Origin: Natronomonas sp.
Lineage (GTDB): Archaea; Halobacteriota; Halobacteria; Halobacteriales; Haloarculaceae
NCBI GenBank assembly: GCA_040409725.1
Contig: JARWGK010000105.1
Coordinates: forward strand, 1,808 to 65,807
DNA length: 64,000 bases
Direction of reading: 5' to 3'
Under the pieces are notes generated by a model. The model was not told where the DNA came from. It was given only the letters and a program-made list of their open reading frames with translations, and ran no database searches. Positions 1 through 8,868 of the stretch are shown here, in pieces (position 1 is the stretch's first letter; each line of letters begins with the position of its first letter). Position numbers and translations under genes: made by a program.

Positions 1-254
1 GCCTGCCGACGACTGAGGCCTTCGGCCGTATCTCTTATTTTTTCGCCCGGACGGCGAACACCGCTCCACCGTTTTCGACCGACCGCCGTGTCACAGTGGC
101 GACAGCACAGAAGCGCAAGCCTCAGCGGCGCGTGTAACCAGATCGTACGATCGTCTGCTTCGAGACGGCGTGGTCGTTCCCGGAGGCTCCGGTCGTCTTG
201 CCTGCGTTCGACCCGGGAATCGTCGCTCTCAGGCTTCGTCTTCGGTAGCTTCGT

Positions 255-683
255 TCACTCCGGTCCTTCGGGATCCATCGAGACGGCCACGACGTCCCGG
301 AGTTCGAGGGCGCTTTCGAACTCCGCTGTGCGACCGAGTCGACGTCCGTCCTGTCGGAACTGCTCTCCGTGGAGGTGCCGGAGCACCTCGAGTTCGTGTT
401 CGCCGATCCCGAGTTCGGCCCCCAGATCCTCCCAGTGTCCCGTCTCGAAGAGATAGTACACGCGACCTCTCGCCCCGTCGATCCGTTCGTACCCGCGGTC
501 GTAGTCGTCGCTCTTCTCCTCGAGTGTCGCCTGCAGCGCGTTCAGAAGCTCCGAAAGTCGGCCGGTCGGGACACTTGTCATCGTGCCCACGGACAGGACG
601 ATCTGACCGTCGACGGGTGAACTCACGGTCGACGGAAGGGATCCAGCCGATCGGCTGGAGGCGTCTTCGGTTCCGGCCGACAC
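255..683 (-). CDS. hypothetical acidic protein (142 aa), co-oriented downstream of the amphi-Trp gene
   Basis: D/E-rich halophilic composition; GTG start 10 bp after the amphi-Trp stop; no recognised family. Confidence 0.7.
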   Translation of the reverse strand: MSAGTEDASSRSAGSLPSTVSSPVDGQIVLSVGTMTSVPTGRLSELLNALQATLEEKSDDYDRGYERIDGARGRVYYLFETGHWEDLGAELGIGEHELEVLRHLHGEQFRQDGRRLGRTAEFESALELRDVVAVSMDPEGPE

Positions 684-692
684 GGCGGCCGA

Positions 693-1001
693 TCACTCCA
701 CGGCGATACCACGGTCATCGTCGTCGGCATCCTCGAACTCGAATTCGATCTCCAACTCGCGGTCGGTACCACCGGAGAATTCGACCTCGACTTCGACCGG
801 ATCGGTGTACTCGAAGGGAATCTCCCAGTCGTCGCCGCTCACCAGCAACTCCCCGTCGCCGTCGTCGATCACGTCCGCGAGCGTTCTGAGAAACTCGACC
901 GTCTGATCGCTCGACAGACGCACCTCGCGTTCGAAGAACCCGTCGGTGATCGTCGTGGTGTCTTCCGTCTGATTGCTCGGAAAATCAACCTCTTTCGTCA
1001 T
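693..1001 (-). CDS. amphi-Trp domain-containing protein
   Basis: FEREVRLSSDQTVEFLRTLAD...DWEIPF...VEVEVE...ELEIEFEF pattern typical of haloarchaeal amphi-Trp proteins. Confidence 0.8.
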   Translation of the reverse strand: MTKEVDFPSNQTEDTTTITDGFFEREVRLSSDQTVEFLRTLADVIDDGDGELLVSGDDWEIPFEYTDPVEVEVEFSGGTDRELEIEFEFEDADDDDRGIAVE

Positions 1002-1095
1002 ATGAGTGTATTCGTTCCGGTCCGATTTAAAACTGCGTCCCGAACTCTCCGATTCCGGGGTCAGGTATTTATTTTATCCCGCTGTATCGCCTGCT

Positions 1096-1392
1096 ATGTC
1101 GTTGTTCAAGGTGTTCGGGAGCAGCCAGCGGCTGGAGATTCTACATCAACTCACCGACGGCCCGATGTACGTCTCCGAGTTGACCGAGGCCGTCGGCATG
1201 GACGGCAAAACGGCTGCACACCACCTGTCGGTGCTCGAGGACGCAGGACTCGTCGACTACCACCACCGCGGCAACCGGAAGTACTATCGGTTGATAAAGC
1301 GCGTGCGATTCGAAGCCTCGCCGCCGCCGGAGCGATCCTTCGTCCTGCAGGCGACGGATCAACCACAGACGGAGCAGAGTCGGTCCGATTGA
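1096..1392 (+). CDS. ArsR/SmtB-family winged-helix transcriptional regulator
   Basis: RLEILHQL-GPMYVSEL-GMDGKTAAHHLSVLEDAGLV wHTH signature; ATG at 1096 follows an AT-rich TATA-like tract and is preferred over 1006. Confidence 0.88.
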   Translation: MSLFKVFGSSQRLEILHQLTDGPMYVSELTEAVGMDGKTAAHHLSVLEDAGLVDYHHRGNRKYYRLIKRVRFEASPPPERSFVLQATDQPQTEQSRSD

Positions 1393-1473
1393 CCCGACGG
1401 CCTCACAGCCACGGCCGATATCGGTTCGCCCGCCCGACGTCGTCGATACCGGGCCGAATCCCGGAGATCGGCG

Positions 1474-2301
1474 TCACTCTCCCGTGATCGCCCGGTACTT
1501 CGCCGGCACCGTCTCGTTCGTTCCGACGACCACGTCCTCGCCGACGACGGTTTCACACTCCGTACACGTCACCGAGAGCAGGGTGTGAGGCCGGTCACAG
1601 CACGGATCGACCGTTTCCTCGGCGAACTCGGTGACACCGCCACAGTCCGGGCAGGATCGAACGAAGAGCCGAAGCCCGCGGAGCAACTCGATTCGATCTC
1701 CCGGAGACAGCGACTCCCAGCCCGCGACCCGTTCGGCGAACACCTCTCCGGCCGCGACATCGGCGGCGAGCGCTGCCTCCGAGAGCCACCGAACCGACCG
1801 ATTTCCGCCGACGACGCCTGCTGTCTCCGAGTGCATCGACACGTCGTCCGTCCCGAGCAACGTCTCGATCGCTTCCTCGTCGACCGCGGTGTCTTTCGTC
1901 GCTTCGATCGCCGTTTCCCACCTCGTGGCGAAGGCATCCTCGAGTTTCGGATCCTCGCCGTCGGTCAGCGCACCCGCGGCAACGAGCCACTCCCGCGGTG
2001 AGCCATCGACGTCGGCGTCGACCGTCCGTCGTCGGTCTACGACCGGTTCCTTGCCGAACAGCCGGAGAACGGACGGCGGCAGGTACCGCTTCGTGAGCCG
2101 TGGGGTTCCCGGCACGAGATACCCCCGGAGGTAGATGACTGCGATCGAACACAGAAAGACGAATCCACCGACCGCAGGCCTCGTCAGAGCACCGACACCG
2201 ACCGCAACCGCGGCCCCGATACCGACGTTGACGACTGTACACGGTGTACAGCGATTTTCGCCCGTGTACTCCGGCTGTTTGATCGAGTCGACCGCTCCCA
2301 T
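1474..2301 (-). CDS. conserved haloarchaeal hypothetical membrane protein with Cys motifs
   Basis: N-terminal YTGENRCTPC, two hydrophobic helices, C-terminal CPDC...CC...CTEC; acidic; start chosen at ATG 2301. Confidence 0.75.
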   Translation of the reverse strand: MGAVDSIKQPEYTGENRCTPCTVVNVGIGAAVAVGVGALTRPAVGGFVFLCSIAVIYLRGYLVPGTPRLTKRYLPPSVLRLFGKEPVVDRRRTVDADVDGSPREWLVAAGALTDGEDPKLEDAFATRWETAIEATKDTAVDEEAIETLLGTDDVSMHSETAGVVGGNRSVRWLSEAALAADVAAGEVFAERVAGWESLSPGDRIELLRGLRLFVRSCPDCGGVTEFAEETVDPCCDRPHTLLSVTCTECETVVGEDVVVGTNETVPAKYRAITGE

Positions 2302-2461
2302 CGCGTCGTGATACGTCCTCTTGACATATAAATCAAATCTGAATCTCTTCGTCGAGGTCCGATCTGATCGCACGATTTACGACTCCGTGTATAATCCTTC
2401 GGGGGAAACGGGTATACGCATCTGAGGATTCATGTAAGACCCCGCTGAGTACCAGGTATCG

Positions 2462-3577
2462 ATGACAGGAAACGGGTTCAGCCGACGGTCGGTTCTCCGG
2501 ACCACCGGAGTTGGTGCAGCAGGGTTCGGGATCACGACACTCGCCGGATGTATCGGCGGTGCAGAGGAAACCGGATCCGAACAGGTGCTCGGCAACCCCG
2601 AGTTCACCGAGGGGCGGCCCGACCCCGGCGGAACGACGATGGCGGAGTTGCCGGATCTCAGCGGCGAGATGACGGTCTACTCCGGCCGCAGCGAGCGTCG
2701 AGTCGGCGAGTTGATCCAGTACATCGAGGATCTGTACGACGATTTCGAGGTGAACGTCCGATACGCGGACTCCTCGGATCTCGTCAATGCGATCATGACC
2801 GAAGAGGAGACCCCGGCGGACATCTACTACACGACGGAGTCTGCAACGCTGACCTTCCTGAAAGAAGAAGGATTGACGACGGGGTTGCCGGGCCACGTCA
2901 CCGATCTGTGTCCGGCGGATCTTCGCGACCCGGACGACCAGTGGCTCGGTCTCTCCCGACGTTCGTGGGCGGTCGCCTACAACACGGAGGCGCTCACCGC
3001 CGAGGATATCCCGGAGGACATCCTCGCTTTCCCGGAGCGTGAGGAACTCGCCGGTCGGATGGGCTGGGCGCCGTTCCGCGGCTCGACGCAGGCGTTCGTG
3101 ACCGCGATGCGACTGCTTCACGGCGAAGAGGCGACCCGCGGCTGGATACGGGACATGCTGGATGCCGGTCTCAGAACTTACGAGGGGGGACGCAGCGCAC
3201 TCGCGGAGGCAACCGGAAGCGGCGAGGTCGACGCGAGTTTCTACAACCACTACGTCGTTCGGGGGAACCTCGAGTTGCCGCTCGACATCACCTTCACGAC
3301 GAACGATGCCGGAGTGGTTCCGATCGTTCCGGGGGCGTGTGTCATGGACGACAGCGACGACGCCGAAACCGCCGCGAACTTCATCGGTCACTGGGCCTCG
3401 GCGGAGGCACAGGAGTACTTTGCAACGACGACGTGGGAGTATCCCGTCAGTCCACACGTGGAGCCACTCGACGTGCTTCCGGATCGAAGCGAACTCCAGC
3501 CGCCGGATATCGACCTCAACGATCTGGCGAACTTCGAACCGACACTCGAGATGCTCCGCGAACTGGACGTGTTGTAG
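2462..3577 (+). CDS. ABC transporter substrate-binding lipoprotein, Fe3+/FbpA-like family, Tat-exported
   Basis: SRRSVL twin-arginine motif and LAGC lipobox; YSGRSE, GLSRRSWAVAYN, TWEYP segments like haloarchaeal iron-binding proteins; upstream of permease. Confidence 0.85.
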   Translation: MTGNGFSRRSVLRTTGVGAAGFGITTLAGCIGGAEETGSEQVLGNPEFTEGRPDPGGTTMAELPDLSGEMTVYSGRSERRVGELIQYIEDLYDDFEVNVRYADSSDLVNAIMTEEETPADIYYTTESATLTFLKEEGLTTGLPGHVTDLCPADLRDPDDQWLGLSRRSWAVAYNTEALTAEDIPEDILAFPEREELAGRMGWAPFRGSTQAFVTAMRLLHGEEATRGWIRDMLDAGLRTYEGGRSALAEATGSGEVDASFYNHYVVRGNLELPLDITFTTNDAGVVPIVPGACVMDDSDDAETAANFIGHWASAEAQEYFATTTWEYPVSPHVEPLDVLPDRSELQPPDIDLNDLANFEPTLEMLRELDVL

Positions 3578-3613
3578 CGTGAACACGAACCACAGCACAG
3601 ACACGACGCACTG

Positions 3614-6433
3614 ATGTCGGACACGCCGGCGACAACGGAGACGGCCGAGGACCCGCCGCTGGGAGCGACGCTTCTCGCCGGCGTGATCGCAGCCATCATC
3701 GTCGTTCCGGTCCTGTGGGTCGCGGTCGTCGCGGCCAGCGTCGATCCGGGTCGGGCCGCGGAACTGCTGTTCCGAGAAAAGACCCTCGGAATTCTGTCGA
3801 ATACCCTCGCCCTCGTCGTCGGTGTCACGGTTCTTTCGGTGCTCATCTCGGTGCCGCTTGCGTGTCTCACCGAACTCACGGACCTGCCGTACCGACGCTT
3901 CTGGGCCGTCGTCGTCGCGCTGCCGCTCGTCGTCCCGAGCTACATCGGCGCGTTTTCCTACATTTCCGTGTGGGGTCCACAGGGAGAGATACAGACGCTT
4001 CTGGAACCGTTCGGTGTCGAGTCACTGCCGGAAATCTACGGCCTCGGCGGAGCTATATTCATCCTCGCGCTGTACAACTACCCCTACGTCTACATCACGA
4101 CGCGGGCCGGACTGCGATCGTTCGACAAGACGTATCTGGACGCCGCCCGTTCGCTGGACGAACGCGCCTGGCGTGGCTTTTTCCGGTCCGTCCTGCCGTT
4201 CGTTCGCCCGGCGATCGCCTCCGGGGCGTTGCTCGTCGCGCTGTATGCCGTCGGTGACTTCGGAACGCCGTCGATGCTCCAACTGGACGTGTTCGCTCGG
4301 GTGATCTACGTCGAGTACAACGCCTTCGGACAGGAGTACGCCTCATTGCTTGCGATGCATCTGGTCGTCATTGCGCTGCTCGTCCTCGCCATCGAATCCA
4401 GCGTCCGCGGTGACGACACCCTCCACGGCAGCGCCCGGGGCAGTTCCCGCGAGTACGTCCTCGAACTCGGTCGCTGGAAGTACGCTGCTGTCGCTGGATG
4501 TGGACTCCTCGTCGCGGTGAGTCTCCTGTTTCCGGTTGGGGTGTTGCTGATGTGGCTGTTCAGAACGCCGGACGTGTACGCGCCGACGCTCGCCTTCGAT
4601 TGGTCGTATGCGATCAACTCGGTGACGGTGTCTGCGGCTGCTGCAGTCGTCGCCGCCCTCGCTGCGATTCCGGTTGCCTACCTCTCGGCGCGGTACTCCT
4701 CGCGGCTCGTCGCGCTGTTCGAGCGGGCGACGTACATCGGCTACGCCGTTCCGGGTGTCGTCATCGGGTTGAGCCTCATCTATTTCAGCACCCGCTATGC
4801 GGCGTTTGCCTACCAGACGCTCCCGCTCGTCGTCTTTGCCTACGTCGTGTTGTATCTGCCACAGGCAGTCGGTGCGACCAGAACTGGCGTGTTACACGTC
4901 AATCCGCGGCTCGTGGAAGCGGCCCGCTCTCTCGGCTGTTCGCCGCTTCGGGCGTTTCGACACGTCGTGTTACCGCTCATCGTTCCCGGACTCATCGCCG
5001 GTGCAGCACTCGTTTTCCTGACCGCGATGAAGGAACTGCCCGCGACGCTGCTGCTTGGACCTGCTGGATTCGAGACGCTTGCGACGTTCATCTGGCGGAT
5101 CGAACGCAGCATGCTGTACGGCTTTGCGGCCGTTCCTGCCCTCGTGTTGATCTGTGTCTCTGGGCTGTCGATGCTCGTCGTCGTCTTCCGTGATCGCTAC
5201 GACCGCCGCGGAACGATCAGCGGATCGATCCAGTTCGACGACGAGGAACTGGACGTCTCTGAACCGACCGCCACAGACGGCGGAACGACGACCGGTGCCG
5301 GTCGCTCCGACTCGAATTTCTCTCCCTCTGCCGGTGGATTTGCGGCGTTCGAAGACGACACACACAAATCCACTGGAGTGAACGACAGTGATGTGGTCCT
5401 GACACTCGACGGCGTGGGAAAATCCTTCGGCGAGACCGCCGCAGTCGAGGCGTTCTCGATCGATGTCGAGGAGGGTGAACTGTTGACCCTCGTCGGTCCC
5501 TCCGGCTGTGGGAAAACGACGACACTCCGGCTGATCGCCGGATTGGAGTCTCCTGACGCCGGCGAGATACAGATCGGCGGTGAGACCGTCGCAACCGAGG
5601 AGTTCTCCCGATCGATCGAGGACCGAAACGTCGGAATCGTCTTCCAGGATTTTGCGCTGTTTCCACACAAAACCGTCGCCGAAAACATCGCCTTCGGACT
5701 GTACAACGTCGACGACGACGAGCGCAATCGACGCGTCGCGGAGTTACTCGAGACTGTCGGGCTTTCGGGGTACGAGGACACCTATCCGGCGTCGCTGTCG
5801 GGCGGGCAGAAACAGCGCGTCGCACTGGCGCGCTCACTCGCCCCCGAGCCGGACGTGCTTCTGCTCGATGAACCGCTGTCGAACCTCGACGTCGGCCTGC
5901 GGGTGGAGATGCGAGAGGCCGTCAGATCCATCCTCGGGGACGTCGGCGTCACCGCGGTGTGGGTCACTCACGACCAAGAAGAGGCGCTGTCGATCGGCGA
6001 CCGCGTCGGGGTGATGTCCGACGGCGAACTCAGACAGGTCGGATCGCCGGACGACGTGTTCCTCCGCCCTGCCTCACGAACGGTCGCGGACTTCCTCGGG
6101 GAGGCGAGTTTCCTCACCGGTGAGATCCGCGGCGGGACAGCCGAGACGCCGATCGGACCGATCGACACCGATCGGTTGCTCGGTCCGACGGCCGGTTCGG
6201 TCGATATCCTGCTCCGCCCGGACGATATCGAACTGGAACCCACCGATTCCGCGGCCGCCGACGGCCGAATCGTCTACCGCCGATTCAACGGCCCGACGGT
6301 CAGCTACCGGATCGAACTTTCCGATGGGACCCAACTCGGCTGCACCCGCCCCCACGACCGAATTCTCGATTACGGGACGCCGGTGTCGATCGAGGTCGTC
6401 GCCGAACACGAGTTGCGATCGTTCTCCCGATAG
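3614..6433 (+). CDS. fused ABC transporter permease (two BPD_transp_1 repeats) plus ATP-binding domain, FbpB/FbpC-like
   Basis: Two EAA loops (YLDAARSL, LVEAARSLG), about 12 TM segments, then Walker A GPSGCGKT, LSGGQ, Walker B LLLDE, H-loop VTHD and a TOBE-like tail in one 939-aa ORF. Confidence 0.9.
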   Translation: MSDTPATTETAEDPPLGATLLAGVIAAIIVVPVLWVAVVAASVDPGRAAELLFREKTLGILSNTLALVVGVTVLSVLISVPLACLTELTDLPYRRFWAVVVALPLVVPSYIGAFSYISVWGPQGEIQTLLEPFGVESLPEIYGLGGAIFILALYNYPYVYITTRAGLRSFDKTYLDAARSLDERAWRGFFRSVLPFVRPAIASGALLVALYAVGDFGTPSMLQLDVFARVIYVEYNAFGQEYASLLAMHLVVIALLVLAIESSVRGDDTLHGSARGSSREYVLELGRWKYAAVAGCGLLVAVSLLFPVGVLLMWLFRTPDVYAPTLAFDWSYAINSVTVSAAAAVVAALAAIPVAYLSARYSSRLVALFERATYIGYAVPGVVIGLSLIYFSTRYAAFAYQTLPLVVFAYVVLYLPQAVGATRTGVLHVNPRLVEAARSLGCSPLRAFRHVVLPLIVPGLIAGAALVFLTAMKELPATLLLGPAGFETLATFIWRIERSMLYGFAAVPALVLICVSGLSMLVVVFRDRYDRRGTISGSIQFDDEELDVSEPTATDGGTTTGAGRSDSNFSPSAGGFAAFEDDTHKSTGVNDSDVVLTLDGVGKSFGETAAVEAFSIDVEEGELLTLVGPSGCGKTTTLRLIAGLESPDAGEIQIGGETVATEEFSRSIEDRNVGIVFQDFALFPHKTVAENIAFGLYNVDDDERNRRVAELLETVGLSGYEDTYPASLSGGQKQRVALARSLAPEPDVLLLDEPLSNLDVGLRVEMREAVRSILGDVGVTAVWVTHDQEEALSIGDRVGVMSDGELRQVGSPDDVFLRPASRTVADFLGEASFLTGEIRGGTAETPIGPIDTDRLLGPTAGSVDILLRPDDIELEPTDSAAADGRIVYRRFNGPTVSYRIELSDGTQLGCTRPHDRILDYGTPVSIEVVAEHELRSFSR

Positions 6434-6529
6434 TACTCGGACAAAATCGAGTTTCGTATGGTCTAATCCAGCTGATTTTGCCGCATTCATCCCATAGTAT
6501 TATCAATGTAGTAATGCATTAACGCATCT

Positions 6530-8059
6530 ATGCCAGTTTCGACTGGCAGCCCCACGCTCGATTCGATTCTCGACGGCGGACTGCCAGAGCAGCGAACAGT
6601 ATTGGTTTCGGGGACACCGGGAACGGGGAAATCGACGCTTGCGATGGGTTTCCTGCAGGCCGGAGTCAAGGAGGGTGATGAGTGTATCTACATCAGCACC
6701 GAACAGACGAGCGACGAACTGCGGGATTCGTTCGCGCCGTTCGATTTCGACCTCGATGCGGACAATCTCCGGGTTACGTCGCTGCATCCCCGTCCCGGAC
6801 AGGGCACCGATCAGTACGAAAGCGGCGACGTCACGCGACGCTACCGGAGTGACCGCGGGGGTGACGGGGGCGGGTCCGGTAGTGGCTACGTCCTACGGAC
6901 ACTCGAAGGTGACGCCGACATCGACGACCGGGAAATCGACTTCACCCCGGAGAATCTCCGGCAGTACCTCCAGAACAACACCAACTGTGACCGGGTCGTC
7001 ATCGACAGCGTCTCCGGACTGCAGGCGATTGCGACACGGGAGGGACAGTACAGACGGGTCGTCCTCGATCTGATCCAGACGTTCAACAGCGACATCGGTG
7101 CAACGGCGCTGTTTACGACCGAATCCTCGGGAACCCACGCCAGGGCCGAAGGGGCCGAACAGCTCGGGACGGACGATCTGGTCCAGTACCACGTCCACGG
7201 CGTGATCCGGCTGTGGCGACAGCGCGTCAAAGGGAGCTACCAGCGGTATCTGGACGTGATGAAGATGCGCGGGGTGAACCACGACACCCGCAGTTTCATG
7301 ATCGCCTTCGCCGACGACGGCCTGCGTGTGTTCCCGAAACGGCGGAGCCACGGCGAGATGTTCGTCGTCGGCGGGAAGCTGCCGACCGGCATGCCGAGTC
7401 TCGATTCCCTTCTCGACGGCGGCCTCATCAAAGGCGGTGGCGTCACACTCGAACACGACGGCAACGCCGGCATCGAGCTCTTCCTGTACACCGGACTGTC
7501 GAGTACGCTCGATGAGATGATGTCTCTCGTTCTCGTCCCGCGGGTCGACACGCCCGATGAGTTCCCACAGGCCGTCCTCGACCGCTTCGGCGTGTCACTC
7601 TCCTCGCTTTTGGACAACAATCAGCTGTTCATCCTCGATCCCTTCGGATCGAGACCGCCACACGAGAACATCTACGACCTCAGCGACGAGGACACCGACC
7701 CGAGGGCGGCAGTAAAAGACATCAACACGAAAGCCCGCGGAAAGGGGATCATGTACGCAAAACACACCGACGCCATGGTCCAGTCCCTCGGTGAGGACAA
7801 CGCACGGGCGTTTCGGTACTGGCTTCAGACCAACCAGGTCAGCGGGAACGACATCATCTTCGACATCCACAATCCCAACCTCATGAGCGACGAGGTTGGT
7901 TCCTTCTATCTCGATTCCTCGGCACAGATCATCGACACCTGGGTCGAAAACGACGGCATCCAGTACCTGCAGTTGAAGAAGAGTCCGAGCGGCGACGTCG
8001 GATCGGTCCGGGTGGTAGAGTATATCAACGAGCCGCCGTTTGCCCGGCTGGTGTCCTGA
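6530..8059 (+). CDS. KaiC/RAD55-family tandem-domain ATPase (second domain degenerate)
   Basis: STGSPTLDSILDGG, Walker A GTPGTGKST, YISTEQ, Walker B RVVIDS, KMRG finger; the second TGMPSLDSLLDGG domain lacks a canonical Walker A. Confidence 0.88.
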   Translation: MPVSTGSPTLDSILDGGLPEQRTVLVSGTPGTGKSTLAMGFLQAGVKEGDECIYISTEQTSDELRDSFAPFDFDLDADNLRVTSLHPRPGQGTDQYESGDVTRRYRSDRGGDGGGSGSGYVLRTLEGDADIDDREIDFTPENLRQYLQNNTNCDRVVIDSVSGLQAIATREGQYRRVVLDLIQTFNSDIGATALFTTESSGTHARAEGAEQLGTDDLVQYHVHGVIRLWRQRVKGSYQRYLDVMKMRGVNHDTRSFMIAFADDGLRVFPKRRSHGEMFVVGGKLPTGMPSLDSLLDGGLIKGGGVTLEHDGNAGIELFLYTGLSSTLDEMMSLVLVPRVDTPDEFPQAVLDRFGVSLSSLLDNNQLFILDPFGSRPPHENIYDLSDEDTDPRAAVKDINTKARGKGIMYAKHTDAMVQSLGEDNARAFRYWLQTNQVSGNDIIFDIHNPNLMSDEVGSFYLDSSAQIIDTWVENDGIQYLQLKKSPSGDVGSVRVVEYINEPPFARLVS

Positions 8060-8205
8060 CAATGGGGACCCATCTGTAGCCCCCAGATACCCATACCGGA
8101 CGGACTGTAGATAGTAATCGGACCCGAACCAATCGAGGAGGCCACAGAAACAATCGACGAACTGGACGACCTACAACCGGATCTGTGGGACTGACTCCCT
8201 GTCGT

Positions 8206-8718
8206 TCACATCGATTTGATCGCCTGCTGGATGTGGTTGATTTCCGGTGATTCGAAGTTGTCATCGGCCTGCCACGCGTAGTTGATTATTCCATCTGCGG
8301 AGACGAGATACACCGACCGCTGTGGCATCCCCGGAATGCCGTTTACGTCCATCTCCTGTCTCGGGAGGTCCTCGACGGTCGCATCGGTTTCGAGGGCGTC
8401 GTAGGCCGCACAGGCCTCGCCCTCGACGTCGGACAGAAGCGGGTAACCGAGGTCGTTGTCCTCGGCGAACTTTTTGTGGCTGAACGGGCCGTCGCGGCTG
8501 ATGCCCCAGATTTCGAGGTTCGTCTTGTACTGGAACCAGTTTGCGTCCTGATAGTCACACATCTGTGTGGAACACACCGGCGAGAAGTCGGCATAGTAGA
8601 ACGTCAAAAGCACACTCTTTCCATCCTCGAGGACATCGGACAGCCGGTACGTGTCGAACTTCCCACCCTGATAGCCACGGAGGGCAAAATCCGGGGCCTC
8701 GTCGCCTTTATTGAGCAT
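8206..8718 (-). CDS. peroxiredoxin-like redoxin (BCP/PrxQ type)
   Basis: GDEAPDFAL, FYYADFSPVCSTQMC, GISRDGPFSHKKFA, YPLLSD, QRSVYLV. Confidence 0.85.
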   Translation of the reverse strand: MLNKGDEAPDFALRGYQGGKFDTYRLSDVLEDGKSVLLTFYYADFSPVCSTQMCDYQDANWFQYKTNLEIWGISRDGPFSHKKFAEDNDLGYPLLSDVEGEACAAYDALETDATVEDLPRQEMDVNGIPGMPQRSVYLVSADGIINYAWQADDNFESPEINHIQQAIKSM

Positions 8719-8868
8719 TCAATTTGTTTCTGTACTCCTGTTAATATATTTTTACCGGGGACCACAGCGGGATCCCCGCAGAGGCTGTGGCCACATCGGG
8801 CCGAATTCGAGGCCAGCAGCTATATGTATCTCTGATGTTACGGTCGCGTACACAGGTACCGACACGGC

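Noticed and set aside
88-254. Possible small gene at the window start
   Set aside because: No frame with a convincing start, halophilic composition or motif
6530-8059. A true circadian KaiABC clock
   Set aside because: No kaiA or kaiB, the second domain is degenerate, and no clear KaiC ST phosphosites are visible; reported only as a KaiC-like module
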